A stretch of 64,000 nucleotides of DNA from assembly GCA_964016885.1 (NCBI GenBank), contig OZ024742.1, forward strand, positions 41,354,001 through 41,418,000, given 5' to 3'. Within the stretch, counting starts at the first letter, position 1, and every line of letters begins with the position of its first letter. The DNA comes from Eledone cirrhosa. Its lineage: Eukaryota. Positions 1 through 13,440 of this stretch are shown here, in pieces. The notes under the pieces were generated by a model. It was given only the letters and a program-made list of their open reading frames with translations. It was not told where the DNA came from and did no database searches. Position numbers and translations under genes: made by a program.

Positions 1-724
1 AGTAAATATAGAGCAATGTAAATAATGCTAAAGAGTTAAGCAGGGAAATTGGCCTTAAAATGCTTGTCATTAACACTTCCATTTACCACATTTTTCCCTG
101 TTAGCAAGGGTTGGTCTAATTATTTATTAGGTTTTCCTAACCATATAAGTTCTGATTACTACAGGTCAATATTGATGGTTGCATCTTAAAACTGAAAATA
201 ATAAGGAAAAAAAAAAAAGAAAGGAAAGGAGCTGATTGTTAGATCAGAGCAAAGAAACCATGCTTTCATTGGTCTTTCCATTGCTGCCAGTTGTAATTCC
301 TGGCAGAAGGAAACAAGATTGGAAATGAGAATCTACAGAGCAGGAACAGACACTTTAACAACTCCACCAATTCACCACTCTTGCTGAACTGGTACTTTAT
401 TTATAGATTCCAAAAAGATGAAAGGCAAAGTTAATCATGGCAGGATTTGAATTCAGTGCACAGAAAGCCAGAACAAATGCTGAGGAATTTTATCCAATGC
501 TCTAAAGACTTAGCCAATCACTGCCTTGCAGATGTCAGAAAGAAAGAAACAAACAATATCAATTCAAAAACAGAGATATTGTGCTAAAGCAGGAAAGAGG
601 AACTGAGGATATAACATTAAAACTATTTCCCTGGAGTGTGATTTAAGTTGGTTGGTTGTTGTGTACCTTTAAGTGCAAACATATTCTGAGATTTCATAAG
701 TAAATAAGTTATGACTGTGGCTAA

Positions 725-1055
725 TCATCATCATCATTTTACGCCCACTTTTCCCTGCTTGCAAGGGTGGGACGGGAACTGATTCTGGCTTCATTTCTAC
801 AGCTGGATGCCCTTCCTAACACCAACCTCATTTAAAGTGAGTGCTGGGTGCTTTTTTGCCGTGGCACCTCCACGACTACTCTGCAGTGGAATGATAGGGA
901 CCCCAGTCCCTATCATCTCATTTCTACAGCTGAGTAAACTGGAGCAATGTAAAATAAAGTGTCTTGCTCAAGGAAACAACACATCACCCGGTCTGAGAAT
1001 TGAACTCAACCTTTCGATTGCAAGGCCAATGCTCTAACCAAAGCCATGTGCCTCC
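725..1055 (-). mobile_element. tRNA-derived SINE (family A) with RTE-type 3' tail
   Basis: Near-identical to the copy at 11447. tRNA head with A/B boxes and (ATG)n tail. Confidence 0.88.
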
Positions 1056-1360
1056 AGCTAAGTAATTATTATTTTCCCTATACTCGAATAAGCTGACCCC
1101 TATTTTATGCCTGAGAAATGGACAAAAATTAAAACTCTGTTTAAAAGCCAAGTCAGCTAATCAACACAATGTTTAGATGCTGCAGTTTTGAATTCTCATG
1201 AATAGAGAATTTATACAGTTTTAATATTTTGATAATAAAAATGTTTTAAGTGTTGTTTATATGGTTTTTGTTTCAGAACTCCCTTACCAATTTCTGACTG
1301 TTTTGAAGGCCATATTTATTCAAAACATCAAAAACAACAAGGAAAACGAATTTCACATTG

Positions 1361-2697
1361 AAAGTGAAATTGGTGTAATATTCACCTCCAAAGTGAAACT
1401 GGTGTAATATTCACCTCAAAAATGAAACCAGTGTAATATTCACCTCCAAAGTGAAACTGGTGTAATTTTCACCTCCAAAATGAAACCAGTGTAATATTCA
1501 CCTCCAAAGTGAAACTGGTGTAATATTCACCTCCAAAGTGAAACCAGTGTAATATTCACCTCTAAAATGAAACCAGTGTAATATTCACCTCTAAAATGAA
1601 ACCAGTGTAATATTCACCTCTAAAATGAAACCAGTGTAATATTCACCTCCAAAGTGAAACCAGTGTAATATTCACCTCCAAAATGAAACCAGTGTAATAT
1701 TCACCTCCAAAATGAAACCAGTGTAATATTCACCTCCAAAATGAAACCAGTGTAATATTCACCTCCAAAATGAAACCAGTGTAATATTCACCTCTAAAAT
1801 GAAACCAGTGTAATATTCACCTCTAAAATGAAACCAGTGTAATATTCACCTCTAAAATGAAACCAGTGTAATATTCACCTCTAAAATGAAACCAGTGTAA
1901 TATTCACCTCCAAAATGAAACCAGTGTAATATTCACATCTAAAATGAAACCAGTGTAATATTCACCTCCAAAGTGAAACCAGTGTAATATTCACCTCCAA
2001 AATGAAACCAGTGTAATATTCACCTCCAAAATGAAACCAGTGTAATATTCACCTCCAAAATAAAACCAGTGTAATATTCACCTCCAAAATAAAACCAGTG
2101 TAATATTCACCTCTAAAATAAAACCAGTGTAATATTCACCTCCAAAATAAAACCAGTGTAATATTCACCTCCAAAATAAAACCAGTGTAATATTCACCTC
2201 TAAAATAAAACCAGTGTAATATTCACCTCTAAAATAAAACCAGTGTAATATTCACCTCTAAAATGAAACCAGTGTAATATTCACCTCTAAAATGAAACCA
2301 GTGTAATATTCACCTCCAAAATAAAACCAGTGTAATATTCACCTCCAAAATAAAACCAGTGTAATATTCACCTCTAAAATAAAACCAGTGTAATATTCAC
2401 CTCTAAAATAAAACCAGTGTAATATTCACCTCTAAAATAAAACCAGTGTAATATTCACCTCTAAAATGAAACCAGTGTAATATTCACCTCTAAAATAAAA
2501 CCAGTGTAATATTCACCTCTAAAATGAAACCAGTGTAATATTCACCTCTAAAATGAAACCAGTGTAATATTCACCTCCAAAATAAAACCAGTGTAATATT
2601 CACCTCTAAAATAAAACCAGTGTAATATTCACCTCTAAAATAAAACCAGTGTAATATTCACCTCTAAAATAAAACCAGTGTAATATTCACCTCCAAA
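1361..2697. repeat. 29-bp minisatellite (AAAATGAAACCAGTGTAATATTCACCTCY), about 46 units
   Basis: Direct head-to-tail repetition with no spacers. Confidence 0.97.
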
Positions 2698-2835
2698 GCA
2701 AAAATTATTTTAACATCTCATGTATGACAGTGAAAATAGGCAAAATATTGGACCTCAAATATAAGCTAAACTGCCTTTTTACCATCAATTTTTTAGTCAC
2801 ATATTTCTCGGCTTATATATAAGTATATACAGTAC

Positions 2836-3085
2836 TTATTTTACTTGTTTCAGTCAGTAGACTGTGGCCATGCTGGGGCACACTTTAATTCAGTCAATCA
2901 CATTGATCCACTGTAAATTTAAAAAAAAATCTAGTACTTATTTTATCTATATCTTTTTTTTTTGTCAAACTGCTAAGTTAGGGTTAACAGACAGAAATGT
3001 AAACATGGATATATATACACAGACAAACACACACACGTATCTATCTATATATGATGGGCTTTTTCTGCCTACCAAATTCCATTCA
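2836..3085 (-). mobile_element. SINE (family B) 3' part with CR1-type tail
   Basis: TGCCCCAGCATGGCCACAGTC...GAAACAAGTAAAA end resembles the 3' end of the LINE at 55837. Related copies lie at ~15815-16120 (-) and ~29680-30110 (+). Confidence 0.65.
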
Positions 3086-4290
3086 CAATGCATTTTTGTT
3101 TACTCATTTTTATGTAAATTCCCAGTTCTTTTTAATTGTATTCCCTTTAATGTTTTTAGTCCCAGTGACCAATATAGAAATCATTATTATTATTCAGATC
3201 ATGGCAGTAGATTGGCAACATCAATAGTGTTGAACATGCCTTGTGACATAGTTACATCCCTTTACTTTCTGAGTTCAACTCCTGCTGAGGTTAGCTTTGC
3301 TTTTTATCCAATGCACTGGGGTTGATTTAATTGACTTTCCCTTTCCCTTCAAATTGCTGGCCTTGTGCCAAAAGTAGAAACAATTACAAACATGTAAAAA
3401 CAAGCTGAAACTAGTTCCTCACTCACCTATATTCATGCATATGTGCATACACACCATCATATACATACTTTATGTAGATACAGTACATACATTACAGACA
3501 TTGGTGTGTTGGACCTCTGTTGATTTTGGCAATGAGTGTTACACTTGTTTCATCAATATGATAGCCTACATATGAGATTAATATGCAAGTGGCTGAGCAT
3601 TCCACAGACACATGTACCTTTCATGTAATTATCAAGGCGATTCACCATGATACCATGTGTAACAAGGACACAAAACATCACTGGGAATCATACATATACA
3701 TATATACACACACACATAAACAGCATGCATTACTTAGTGAATGGACTTCAACTTGAATCTGAGCAAAACCATTTTCTTATCACAGTCATCAGTCTTGTTT
3801 TTCTGTAGTGAGTTCTTAGATGACTACCGAGATCTGACTTTGACACATGTAGCATGAAACATGGGCAGATACACTGCATTCTTGAGCATTAGACTAACAT
3901 GGATTATCAAGCCAGTGGTAGACATATGTAACTTCAGATATGTATGACAGTGCTCAAGCATGGCTGATGTAATTACATGCAGCTGAAGGTCTCGTCTTGT
4001 AATCAACTTGTATTTTCTCATGGTTAATAAGACCAGCTTTTGAAAGCGGGGTTTGGTCACATAGGGTGCATGTGAGATCATCTTGGGTCGCTTTGTCACA
4101 TGGAAATTTAACCTGTTGACTGCCATGTATTTTTTACACAGTTGCTGTGCCAGTTTTTTCCCCAGTAAAATTACTTTTTTTAAACAAACATTTATTAACA
4201 ACACATATCTGAATGATTGACAAACATCACATCAATAAACTAGTAACCCCAGCTAGCTTTGAAGTTATGAACTGTTGGAAACGAGTTCAA

Positions 4291-4410
4291 ACATGTTAGG
4301 ACGAGTTATCTCATGTGGCACTGGAATGTATACATGTTAGGACGAGTTATCTCATCCATGGCACTGGAATGTATACATGTTAGGACGAGTTATCTCATCT
4401 GTGGCACTGA
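4291..4410. repeat. Short tandem repeat, ~43-47 bp x ~2.7 (CATGTTAGGACGAGTTATCTCAT..TGGCACTG)
   Basis: Three visible copies. Confidence 0.85.
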
Positions 4411-5067
4411 AGAGGTTAACAGCTTGCAGCTTTCAAGTATTTTGCTTCATCATTTGGCGAGCAATCCTATTTTTTTTCATAAATATACATATGTAGGGCA
4501 ACAAATTGGCAATTATTAAAGTTGTTGGATTAAAAATTTCTTGCTATTTGTTCCAGTTCAAATATTGCTGAGTCAATAAAGTACTAGTACAGTAGTAAGG
4601 CCTATTATTCCTCTATCTCTCTGTCAATTATTTTCTGGAAAAGAGGGATGGGATCTGCCAGGTTTAACCATTTACCATTTACATTACTCTATATCTACTA
4701 TTGTATTTTCTTGGTAAAGGCTTACCTCATATAATTATCTCACATAATATCGAATCTATGAGATTTATTTTGAGAACAATATCTTAACATCAATATGAGC
4801 AGCCAGTTATAGCCAGAGGTGAGAGAATTCTGGCCTGATACAGTCGGTTTAAATTCTGAAGGGTTAAAATGCCCAAGACATGCCATATGTTAGGATGGTG
4901 CCCTTACAACTCATGCACAGGTTAAGATCAACATGCCATGTCAATTTTTCCACAGGTGACTTGGTTATTTCTAATGGAATTACCACTGCTCCTTCCTCCT
5001 CATTAGCATAAGGTTGACTAGGGGACTTGAGGGACTAGGGACCAGTTAATTTGATTTGGCTAAAGTG

Positions 5068-5370
5068 GGATGAAAGATTGAAGTGCCAGGCGAAGCTCCA
5101 AAATACTTGAAAGCCTAAGTTAATAAGGCCTCTGAAGTCAGTTGTAGTGAGGTGAAAGATTGAAGTGCCAGTATGGGGCCTGATATACTTGAAAGCCAAG
5201 AGGCCCAGCTATGAGTTAATAAGGCCTTTGATGTTAGTTGTGGTGAGGTGAAAGATTGAAGTGCCGGTAGGGGCTTCAGATACTTGAAAGCCTAGGGGCC
5301 CAAGATAATAACTGGAGTGAAGTGAAAGATTCAAGCAAGAGAGGGGTACCCTGAAATAGCTGAAGCCCAG
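5068..5370. repeat. Degenerate ~80-97 bp tandem repeat x ~4 (TGAAAGATTGAAGTGCC...ATACTTGAAAGCC)
   Basis: The motif recurs at ~5071, 5153, 5249 and 5323. Confidence 0.75.
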
Positions 5371-5608
5371 GGGATCTGGCTGCAGGTTAATACAGCTTTG
5401 GTCATTAGCAACAAAAACAGCAACAATGGGTAGAGAAAATAAATAACTCCTGTTTATAATTAAATTACAAAAAAAATTACAACAAATTTTGAATGAGAAA
5501 AAAAATATGGAAGAAATTAAATTAGTCCCTTAATTATATACCAACCTCATCAAGATGAGATCACCACATAGTGATTATACATAAGATATATAGGGTGTCT
5601 CTCTCTCT

Positions 5609-5645
<37 letters not shown>

Positions 5646-6327
5646 AACACACATATATATACATACCTATATGTAGTCATATATGTATATACACACACCT
5701 CCACACATATATACGTACATACATTCATAAATATATATATATATATACATATATATGTATATCATCATTTAATCATTCAACGTCCACATGTATATATATT
5801 ATATATATATAAACATATACCTTTATATGTATATCATCATTTAATTATTCAACGTTCACATGTATATATATATATAAAAACATATACATATATATGTATA
5901 TCATCATTTAATCATTCAACGCCCACATGTATATATATATATATACATAGATATATATCACTTAAAATACATGGCGACCATGCACATGTATTCATTTTTT
6001 CTCAGAGTTTTAAGATGGTATCCGATTAATCGGAGCAAATGTGTACCATCAATTTCAAATTGTCTGGTGCACGCTAGATTTATCTGCTACGATTAATCGG
6101 ATACCATCAGGAAACTGAGTACTGACAAATACAAACATGTAATCACGATATATTTGAGGTAATATAATATATGTCATATATTGAGGGCTCATCACTCTTT
6201 CATAATTACAATTCACACTCAGACAATGATATATATATATATAAATAATAGTCATTCTATATATATACTTATGAGCTCACTTCTAATATAAATACATATA
6301 GGAATACACATACCTTAAATCTCCATA

Positions 6328-7436
<1,109 letters not shown>

Positions 7437-7468
7437 AATGTGTCTATTCATCTTGCATAGTAACAAAG

Positions 7469-7798
7469 TTAAACTGTTCTTTCATTGGAATCAGTCTGGC
7501 TGCATCTTTCGTTTTCAGAGTCTGTCGGGGAATCCATGTTAGTAGTCAACTGTGAGTGAGTTTCATCTTTGTTGCTGTCATAGGCCACAACCAATTTTCT
7601 GGGGTCAACACCCTGCTCTGTGCTATTGGCTAAGTCTGACAGGCTCCTGTTGGTAGGGATTTGTTGTTCATATTCCGCTTCATTTTGATTCAGTGATGAG
7701 ACTGAATGGTGTGCTGTAGGACAACAGGTATCTGGGTAACATTTCTTATCTGGCCCACATTCCAGAGCACAGTCTCGGCCAGGGATGATCTCTTCAAA
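7469..7798 (-). CDS. SLC30A1: ZnT1-like last coding exon ([27 protein letters not shown]...SNERTV*), absent from the ORF track
   Basis: CTATAG acceptor, then 109 open codons to TAA at 7469-7471. Cys-rich CxLxC...C...CC tail typical of ZnT1. Total CDS 1326 nt = 441 aa. Confidence 0.9.
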   Translation of the reverse strand, partial: FEEIIPGRDCALECGPDKKCYPDTCCPTAHHSVSSLNQNEAEYEQQIPTNRSLSDLANSTEQGVDPRKLVVAYDSNKDETHSQLTTNMDSPTDSENERCSQTDSNERTV

Positions 7799-8309
7799 CT
7801 ATAGAAGGAAAAAAAAATGTTTTTTTCAAATTTAGATACAAGGCCAGCAATTTTGGGGGAGAGGAGAGAGGAAAGTTGATTAAATCAATTCCAGTACTTG
7901 ACTGGTACTTTATTTTATAGGCTCTTGAAGGATGAAAAGGAAACGTTGCAAAATTGTCCTTGGTAGGATTTAAAATCAGAAGGGCCATAATGAAATGCTG
8001 TAATGTACTTTCAGTTGATGTACTAACGTTTCTGCCTTAAAATATTGGTACCTAATTCAGGCCTAAGGCCAGTAATTGTGAAGAAGAGAAAGCCGATCAA
8101 AACAACCCCAATACTTGACTGGTACTTAATTTTATTGAGCCCAGAAGGACAAAAAGAAAAGTTGTCCTCAGCAAAATTTGAACTCAATATGTAAAGAGCT
8201 GGAGAAAATACCACGAAGCATTTTGTCTGATACTCTAATGATTCTGAGCCACCACCCTCTAATAATAATTGTTTCTACTTTTAGCACAAGGCCAGCAATT
8301 ACCCAGTGC

Positions 8310-8450
8310 ATTACTGGTACTTTATTTTATCGACCCCGTAAGGATGAGAGGCAAAATTAACCTCGGCGGGATTTGAACTCAGAATGGCAAGGGCCGTAAC
8401 TCTATGCGTCAAAGCATGGTGTCTGACCCTCTACCGATACTGTCAATCCA
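8310..8450 (-). mobile_element. SINE fragment (family C, Nin/Deu-like central domain); further fragments at ~380-520, 3220-3385, 7880-7990, 8100-8240, 16195-16325, 22225-22330, 23450-23560, 38840-38990
   Basis: Recurrent GTTCAAATCCCGCCGAGGT..TTTGCCT.TCATCC...ATAAA..AAGTACCAGT with a B-box. The domain name is assigned from memory. Confidence 0.7.
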
Positions 8451-8479
8451 CCAGAAGCAGACAAGAGGTGATACAGGTA

Positions 8480-8665
8480 TACATGAGAAAGGATGTCAGG
8501 GAATAACAAAGCCACCATACCCTGGAATGTACCAATACCCACAGCAGAGAAATCAAAGCTAATTGATCAAGATATTGTAGTCAAAGATAAAAAAGGACTC
8601 CCTTAGCACGAGGCCCACAAAGCTAAACTACAGATTAGCGGGAAAATGGCCTTAAAATACTTGTT
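8480..8665 (+). mobile_element. Degraded R4/Dong-type non-LTR fragment (restriction-like endonuclease region)
   Basis: With frameshifts it reads NKATIPWNVPIPT/REIKAN/QDIVVKDKK, matching the W-D/N-x-P-I-x-T-D-R-x-I-x-A-N-R-P-D-I-V RLE motif. Confidence 0.6.
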
Positions 8666-9141
8666 GCTGAGAGAGGGGTGAGGAGAGAAGTAAATTGAAA
8701 ATATACAAGTGAAAAATCTTGACATTCCACTCAACGCTAATTATGAAATAGTGATATTTATACACCTGAACAATAAGTTGCATCTGAAATCCTAAATAAC
8801 ACTAAATATACACTGTTAAATACTAATACATTTACATCACAAATGTCATAAAACAAACTGGAACATATTAAATCACACAAACAATAACACTTAAACACAG
8901 TAAAACCACACACATTTGAACACACTAAATATAAACAATATTAAAATCACAAACTACTCTTATTCAAAAACACACACACACACACGTATACATTGAAACA
9001 CACAACTTCACTAAGAAGTCACAAAGTTGAAAACACAAACAGCACTGCTACAACCACCATCACTACCACAATAAATACAGTTATAATTACTATCACCACC
9101 ACAATCATCTCTGCAATAATCACAACTGCTACAATAACTAT

Positions 9142-9410
9142 CGCTTCTTGAGAGGATCGTGGGGGCAGAGTCCTCGAACACCCCCTCCAGCGAGTCCTGT
9201 CAGAAGCAACTGTCTCCAACTGATCACATCCATGAGCGTGACCAGTCAAACTCATGGATGTTATCCAACAATCTTGCTTGGAGTCTACCCCTGGGTCTCT
9301 TGCCAGTTGGTTTTTCCAGTAAAATATATCCTTTCTTGAGACATTCTAACCACATGCCCATAGTATCGGAGCTGTGATCTCTCAATTCAGGGGGTCTTTG
9401 GAGCAACGTT
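9142..9410 (-). mobile_element. Degraded RTE 3' fragment
   Basis: GKRPRGR...DNI and A-x-DR-xxWR C-terminal RTE motifs in shifted frames. Confidence 0.65.
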
Positions 9411-9493
9411 GGTCAATAACTATCACTACTGTTTAAAATCACTAGCAACAACAGGGGAAAAACAACTAAAAAAGAAATACACCAAAAACTTAC

Positions 9494-9676
9494 TTCAACA
9501 AACTCTGGCTGAATGGTCGTCGAGTGGATCCCTTCATTATGAAAAAGTTCTTTGATTTTAACGGCGACATGCATATATTCTTCAATGTTCTGGCAACGGA
9601 CGTGAGCAGAGGCAATAATTCTGTTGCCTGCCAGTTGCCAAATATGGAATTCATGAACAGCAAGCACACCACTGAT
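9494..9676 (-). CDS. SLC30A1: ZnT1-like coding exon 7, C-terminal dimerisation domain (ISGVLAVHEFHIWQLAGNRIIASAHV...GIHSTTIQPEFVE)
   Basis: VHEFHIWQL and GIHSTTIQPEF ZnT1 motifs. TTTCTAG acceptor, GTAAGT donor, 183 nt. Confidence 0.95.
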
Positions 9677-10209
9677 CTAGAAACATTGGAAGATAGTGCA
9701 AGAGAATAATTAGCAGAAAGAGAAAAAAAAAACATACAAACATATTTTCAGCCCATATCCTTGATTCACCTCCTCTGTTCAACCCATGTCAGTATAGAAA
9801 TCTGGGCACACCCCGACAATATACTGCCAGATGCAACTCCACAACTTGATGCTTCTCTCTCAATATGAGATTGCTCTCTCCACCATCATCTTATACTCTG
9901 ACTCCCATCATTGCCTCCCCAACCTGGCCAAGGGCACAACAAGCAACCTAGTTTTGTAATGAAGTAGTGTTGGTGCCATAATAAAATGCACCCAGCCCAC
10001 TCTGCGAAGAGATAGTGCCGGCACCACAATAAAATGCATCCAATGCCCACTAGAAAGTGGTCGGCATTAGATAAGACAACCAGCTGCAGAAACCATGCTA
10101 AACTGGACCGTTGACTAGGACATAGTCATCTTATCTATCTACTCCCAGAATGTGACAACCCATCCAGCTCATGCCAGCATTGTAAAAGGACATAAAATGG
10201 TGACGATCA

Positions 10210-10566
10210 TCATTTCATCATTTCAATTTACGTCCACTTTTCCCTGTTTGCAAGGGTGGGACGGGAACTGATTCTGGCTTGATTTCTACAGCTGGATTCC
10301 CTTCCTAACACCAACCTCATTTACAGTGAGTGCTGGGTGCTTTTTTTTCGTGGCACCTACATGTCCACTTTACGGTGTGGGCTGGGTGTTTTTTTGCCGT
10401 GGCACCTCCACGACCACTTTGCAGTGGAATGATAGGAACCCCAGTCCCTATCATCTCATTTCTATAGCTGAGTAAACTGGAACAATGTGAAATAAAGTGT
10501 CTTGCTCAAGGAAACAACACATCACCCGGTCTGAGAATTGAACTCACAACCTTTCGATTGCAAGGC

Positions 10567-10568
<2 letters not shown>
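10210..10568 (-). mobile_element. tRNA-derived SINE (family A), slightly 5'-truncated
   Basis: Same sequence as the copy at 11447. Confidence 0.88.
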
Positions 10569-10608
<40 letters not shown>

Positions 10609-10735
10609 GACGATATATATATATATTTTTTTTTTTCTGGTATGCTTACTTAACATATTTGAAATGTGAATATTTTTACACACATTGGTGCAGTCTCAGT
10701 TACCCACTCTATATATATATATATATATATATACA

Positions 10736-11092
10736 TTTCGTTTCTGAATTTGTTTAGCAAGATTCTTTATCTGAAATCGTGTGTTGAAACCGATATTGTT
10801 ATACTTTGGGAGGGTCATGTTGCCAGAAAATGGCGTAGGATAGAAGAAAGGAAAGGCACAGAAACGAAGAAAGGAATCCCCAGTCACTGAAGAGGTCACA
10901 GAGTGTGTGACGAAAGGACTATGACTATATATAAACAACTATCTGGTTGTGGAACCAACCAACCAACCAGAAATTTATAAGTTTGTAGATTTGTAAATTT
11001 ATAAATTTATAAATATATAATAAATTGAAGTGAAAGCAACTGGTGCGTGTGTTTCTTATTGGCAACATGACCCTCCCAAAGTATAACAATAT
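10736..11092 (+). mobile_element. Non-coding hammerhead mini-element with a 33-bp inverted repeat, inside (TA)n
   Basis: ATATTGTTATACTTTGGGAGGGTCATGTTGCCA at 10793-10825 and its complement at 11060-11092. Homologous to 35188-35636. Confidence 0.8.
10882..10926 (+). ncRNA. Minimal type I hammerhead ribozyme
   Basis: AGTCA-CTGAAGA-g-GTCACA-gagtg-TGTGAC-GAAA-GGAC-TA^-TGACT. Perfect 5-bp stem I, 6-bp stem II, minimal stem III. Confidence 0.8.
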
Positions 11093-11268
11093 ATATATAC
11101 AGATATAGTTATATCGTAATTTCAGCTACTTAGTGCACTTCTTAATTTATATCTTAATTAACTACCAACATCAGCGTTAATTATATGTAAATTAGTACGT
11201 CCGTTTCAGAATACTATTAAGAGCAAAAAGGTATATAAGCCCATCGTCCTTGTAGTTTAGATATACAC

Positions 11269-11303
11269 ACTTTCTGATGAAGACCCAACTAGGTCTGAAA
11301 ATC
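11269..11303 (+). ncRNA. Minimal type I hammerhead ribozyme in a ~270-bp pLTR-like insert (11100-11370)
   Basis: ACTTT-CTGATGA-AGACC-caacta-GGTCT-GAAA-ATCAAT-TA^-AAGGT, with TATATAA ~40 nt upstream. Confidence 0.7.
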
Positions 11304-11369
11304 AATTAAAGGTATTTAGCAACTTTTGCAATTTACAGGGAAATTTGTATTTTCTGGCATATTTACATG

Positions 11370-11446
<77 letters not shown>

Positions 11447-11783
11447 GGAGGCACATGGCTTAGTGGTTAGAGCATTGGCCTTGCAATCGAAAGGTTGTGA
11501 GTTCAATTCTCAGACCGGGTGATGTGTTGTTTCCTTGAGCAAGACACTTTATTTCACATTGCTCCAGTTTACTCAGCTGTAGAAATGAGATGATAGGGAC
11601 TGGGGTCCCTATCATTCCACTGTAAAGTGGTCGTGGAGGTGCCACGACAAAAAAGCACCCACCACTCACTGTAAATGAGGTTGGTGTTAGGAAGGGCATC
11701 CAGCTGTAGAAATGAAGCCAGAATCAGTTCCCGTCCCACCCTTGCAAGCAGGGAAAAAGCGGACGTAAAATGAAATGAAATGA
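11447..11783 (+). mobile_element. Full-length tRNA-derived SINE (family A)
   Basis: A box TGGCTTAGTGG and B box GTTCAATTC. The 3' end CCCGTCCCACCCTTGCAAGCAGGGAAAA(A)GCGGACGTAAAATGA matches the RTE end at 21177-21220. Confidence 0.92.
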
Positions 11784-12939
11784 TATATATGTGTGTGTGT
11801 GTGTGTGTATATCAATCATCATCATAGTCTGAGACAAAAATGGTTTGAGAGCTACATCCTGCTTATATGTTCCATTTTGGGATGGTTTCTAGAGCTGGAT
11901 GACATTTCTAGTATCAACCTCTTTAGAAAGTGTATTAATTGCATCTCAACATGACGCCATCACTACTACTTTACAGAGTGTACTAGGCACATTTTATTAT
12001 GGTGTTAGCACTGGTGAGTTTATCTTGGGACCTTGTGAGAGAGGAGGAGGAGGACTCATTCCATGTGGCCTCTCCTCATCTATAGAATGTGGGCTAGGGA
12101 GTGAATATTAGAGATAGTTTGACAGAGGTAGTAGGGTGAGTAGGCAAGTGTGAAAATATAGTGAGGGAGGGAGAGGGGGACTGTGTTAGGGGGATTATTA
12201 GAGGAAAAGGAATGAAAGTATGATAAAAAATGTAGCATTAGAGGGAGTAGGGTACATGTTTGCTTGTGAGTGGGCAAGTAGTGGGTGGTAGGAGAGTGTG
12301 CGGATGTCAATGAGAAATGGTTTTAAGGATGGGAAGTGATGATTGACAGCATAAAGAGGAAGTTGGTAGGTTGCCTGTGGTGCAACCCTCACATTGGAAT
12401 CAGTGGGACAGGGGAGGGGAATTGACTGATAAGAAGGTTAGTCCATCTATCTAAAAAATACTGCAGCCATAGTTTTATGTAAGGACCTTTAAGTTAAAGG
12501 CCAGATAATAATGAAAAAGTTATATTACCAAATCACTAAATTCTTTATGAAAAGAACAAAACTATTTTTTTTTTACTTGTATTGGTGCCACAATAAAATA
12601 CAGCCAATACTCCGTATAAAGTAGTTTCTTTTAGGAAGGGCTTCCAGCTCTAGAAATCATACCAGAAAGGGTTGAGAGGAATCTTACGTTGCATCAAGGG
12701 TACAACAACCCCCCCTTATGTTGGTGACATGATAAAATGCACTAATTACACTCTATAAAATGATCAGTGATAGGAAAGGCTTCCAGCTATAAAAAAACTT
12801 GCCAAACAAAGAGTCAAATGACTCTTCAATTGTGTCAAAGATGCCACCTCTCTAGTGCTGGTGCTACTATAAAATGCACATGATACCCTCAGTAGACTTC
12901 AGGAGTGTAGATGAGATGTGAACTTAAAAAATATCTCAC

Positions 12940-13019
12940 CTTTTCTAATTTTTCTTTGATATCTTTCACCTGTATATGAGTTGGTACTGTCTGCAGAAGA
13001 ATTAACCCAGATTCCCTCA
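12940..13019 (-). CDS. SLC30A1: ZnT1-like coding exon 6 (LRESGLILLQTVPTHIQVKDIKEKLEK)
   Basis: ESxLILLQTVP ZnT1 motif. TTTCAG acceptor, GTGAG donor, 80 nt. Confidence 0.93.
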
Positions 13020-13129
13020 CTGAAATTACAAAGAATACCATGCAAAATGAAATAATGAAAAAAGGTAGCTGCATTCTGAAAAGAAAGTTATTTAAAAATA
13101 TTTATTTAAATTTAATTTTCAGTCTATGA

Positions 13130-13440
13130 AAACTAAAGAGAGATGAAGTGAGCTGAGAGAAACTGGTATAAGAGAAATCAAATGTAGTATGCAAGGGAGA
13201 AGATTGCATTTGTATAGTCATATGATGCATATGGATGATGATTGTTTGGTGAAGAAGTGCCAAGAATTCTCAATGGAAAGAAGCTACAGTAGAGGAAGGC
13301 CTGAATAGAGGTGGTGAGAGTGGATCTCAAAACACTGAACCTCACAGAATGACAAAGGAACACAAGCAGAGGAAGAGTGTGTTAGAAAAGACACGTTCCA
13401 TGTAAGCATGGAAGAATTTATGTAAAGATGATGATGATGC
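13130..13440 (+). mobile_element. Degraded RTE 3' fragment
   Basis: Nucleotide similarity to 20920-21230, with an (ATG)n tail. Confidence 0.65.

Noticed and set aside
1361-2697. CRISPR-like array (29-bp repeat)
   Set aside because: Units are contiguous with no unique spacers, there are no cas genes, and the context is eukaryotic.
3765-3800. Minus-strand CTGATGA...GAAA hammerhead candidate
   Set aside because: No convincing stem II or stem I.
3824-4204. 126-aa ORF as a host gene
   Set aside because: No recognisable domain. Another frame shows a decayed CxxC..L..H finger (CTLCDQTPLSKAGLINHEK) among stops, more like a retroelement remnant.
11447-11520. tRNA gene
   Set aside because: tRNA-derived SINE head continuing into the SINE body, with no proper acceptor stem or terminator.
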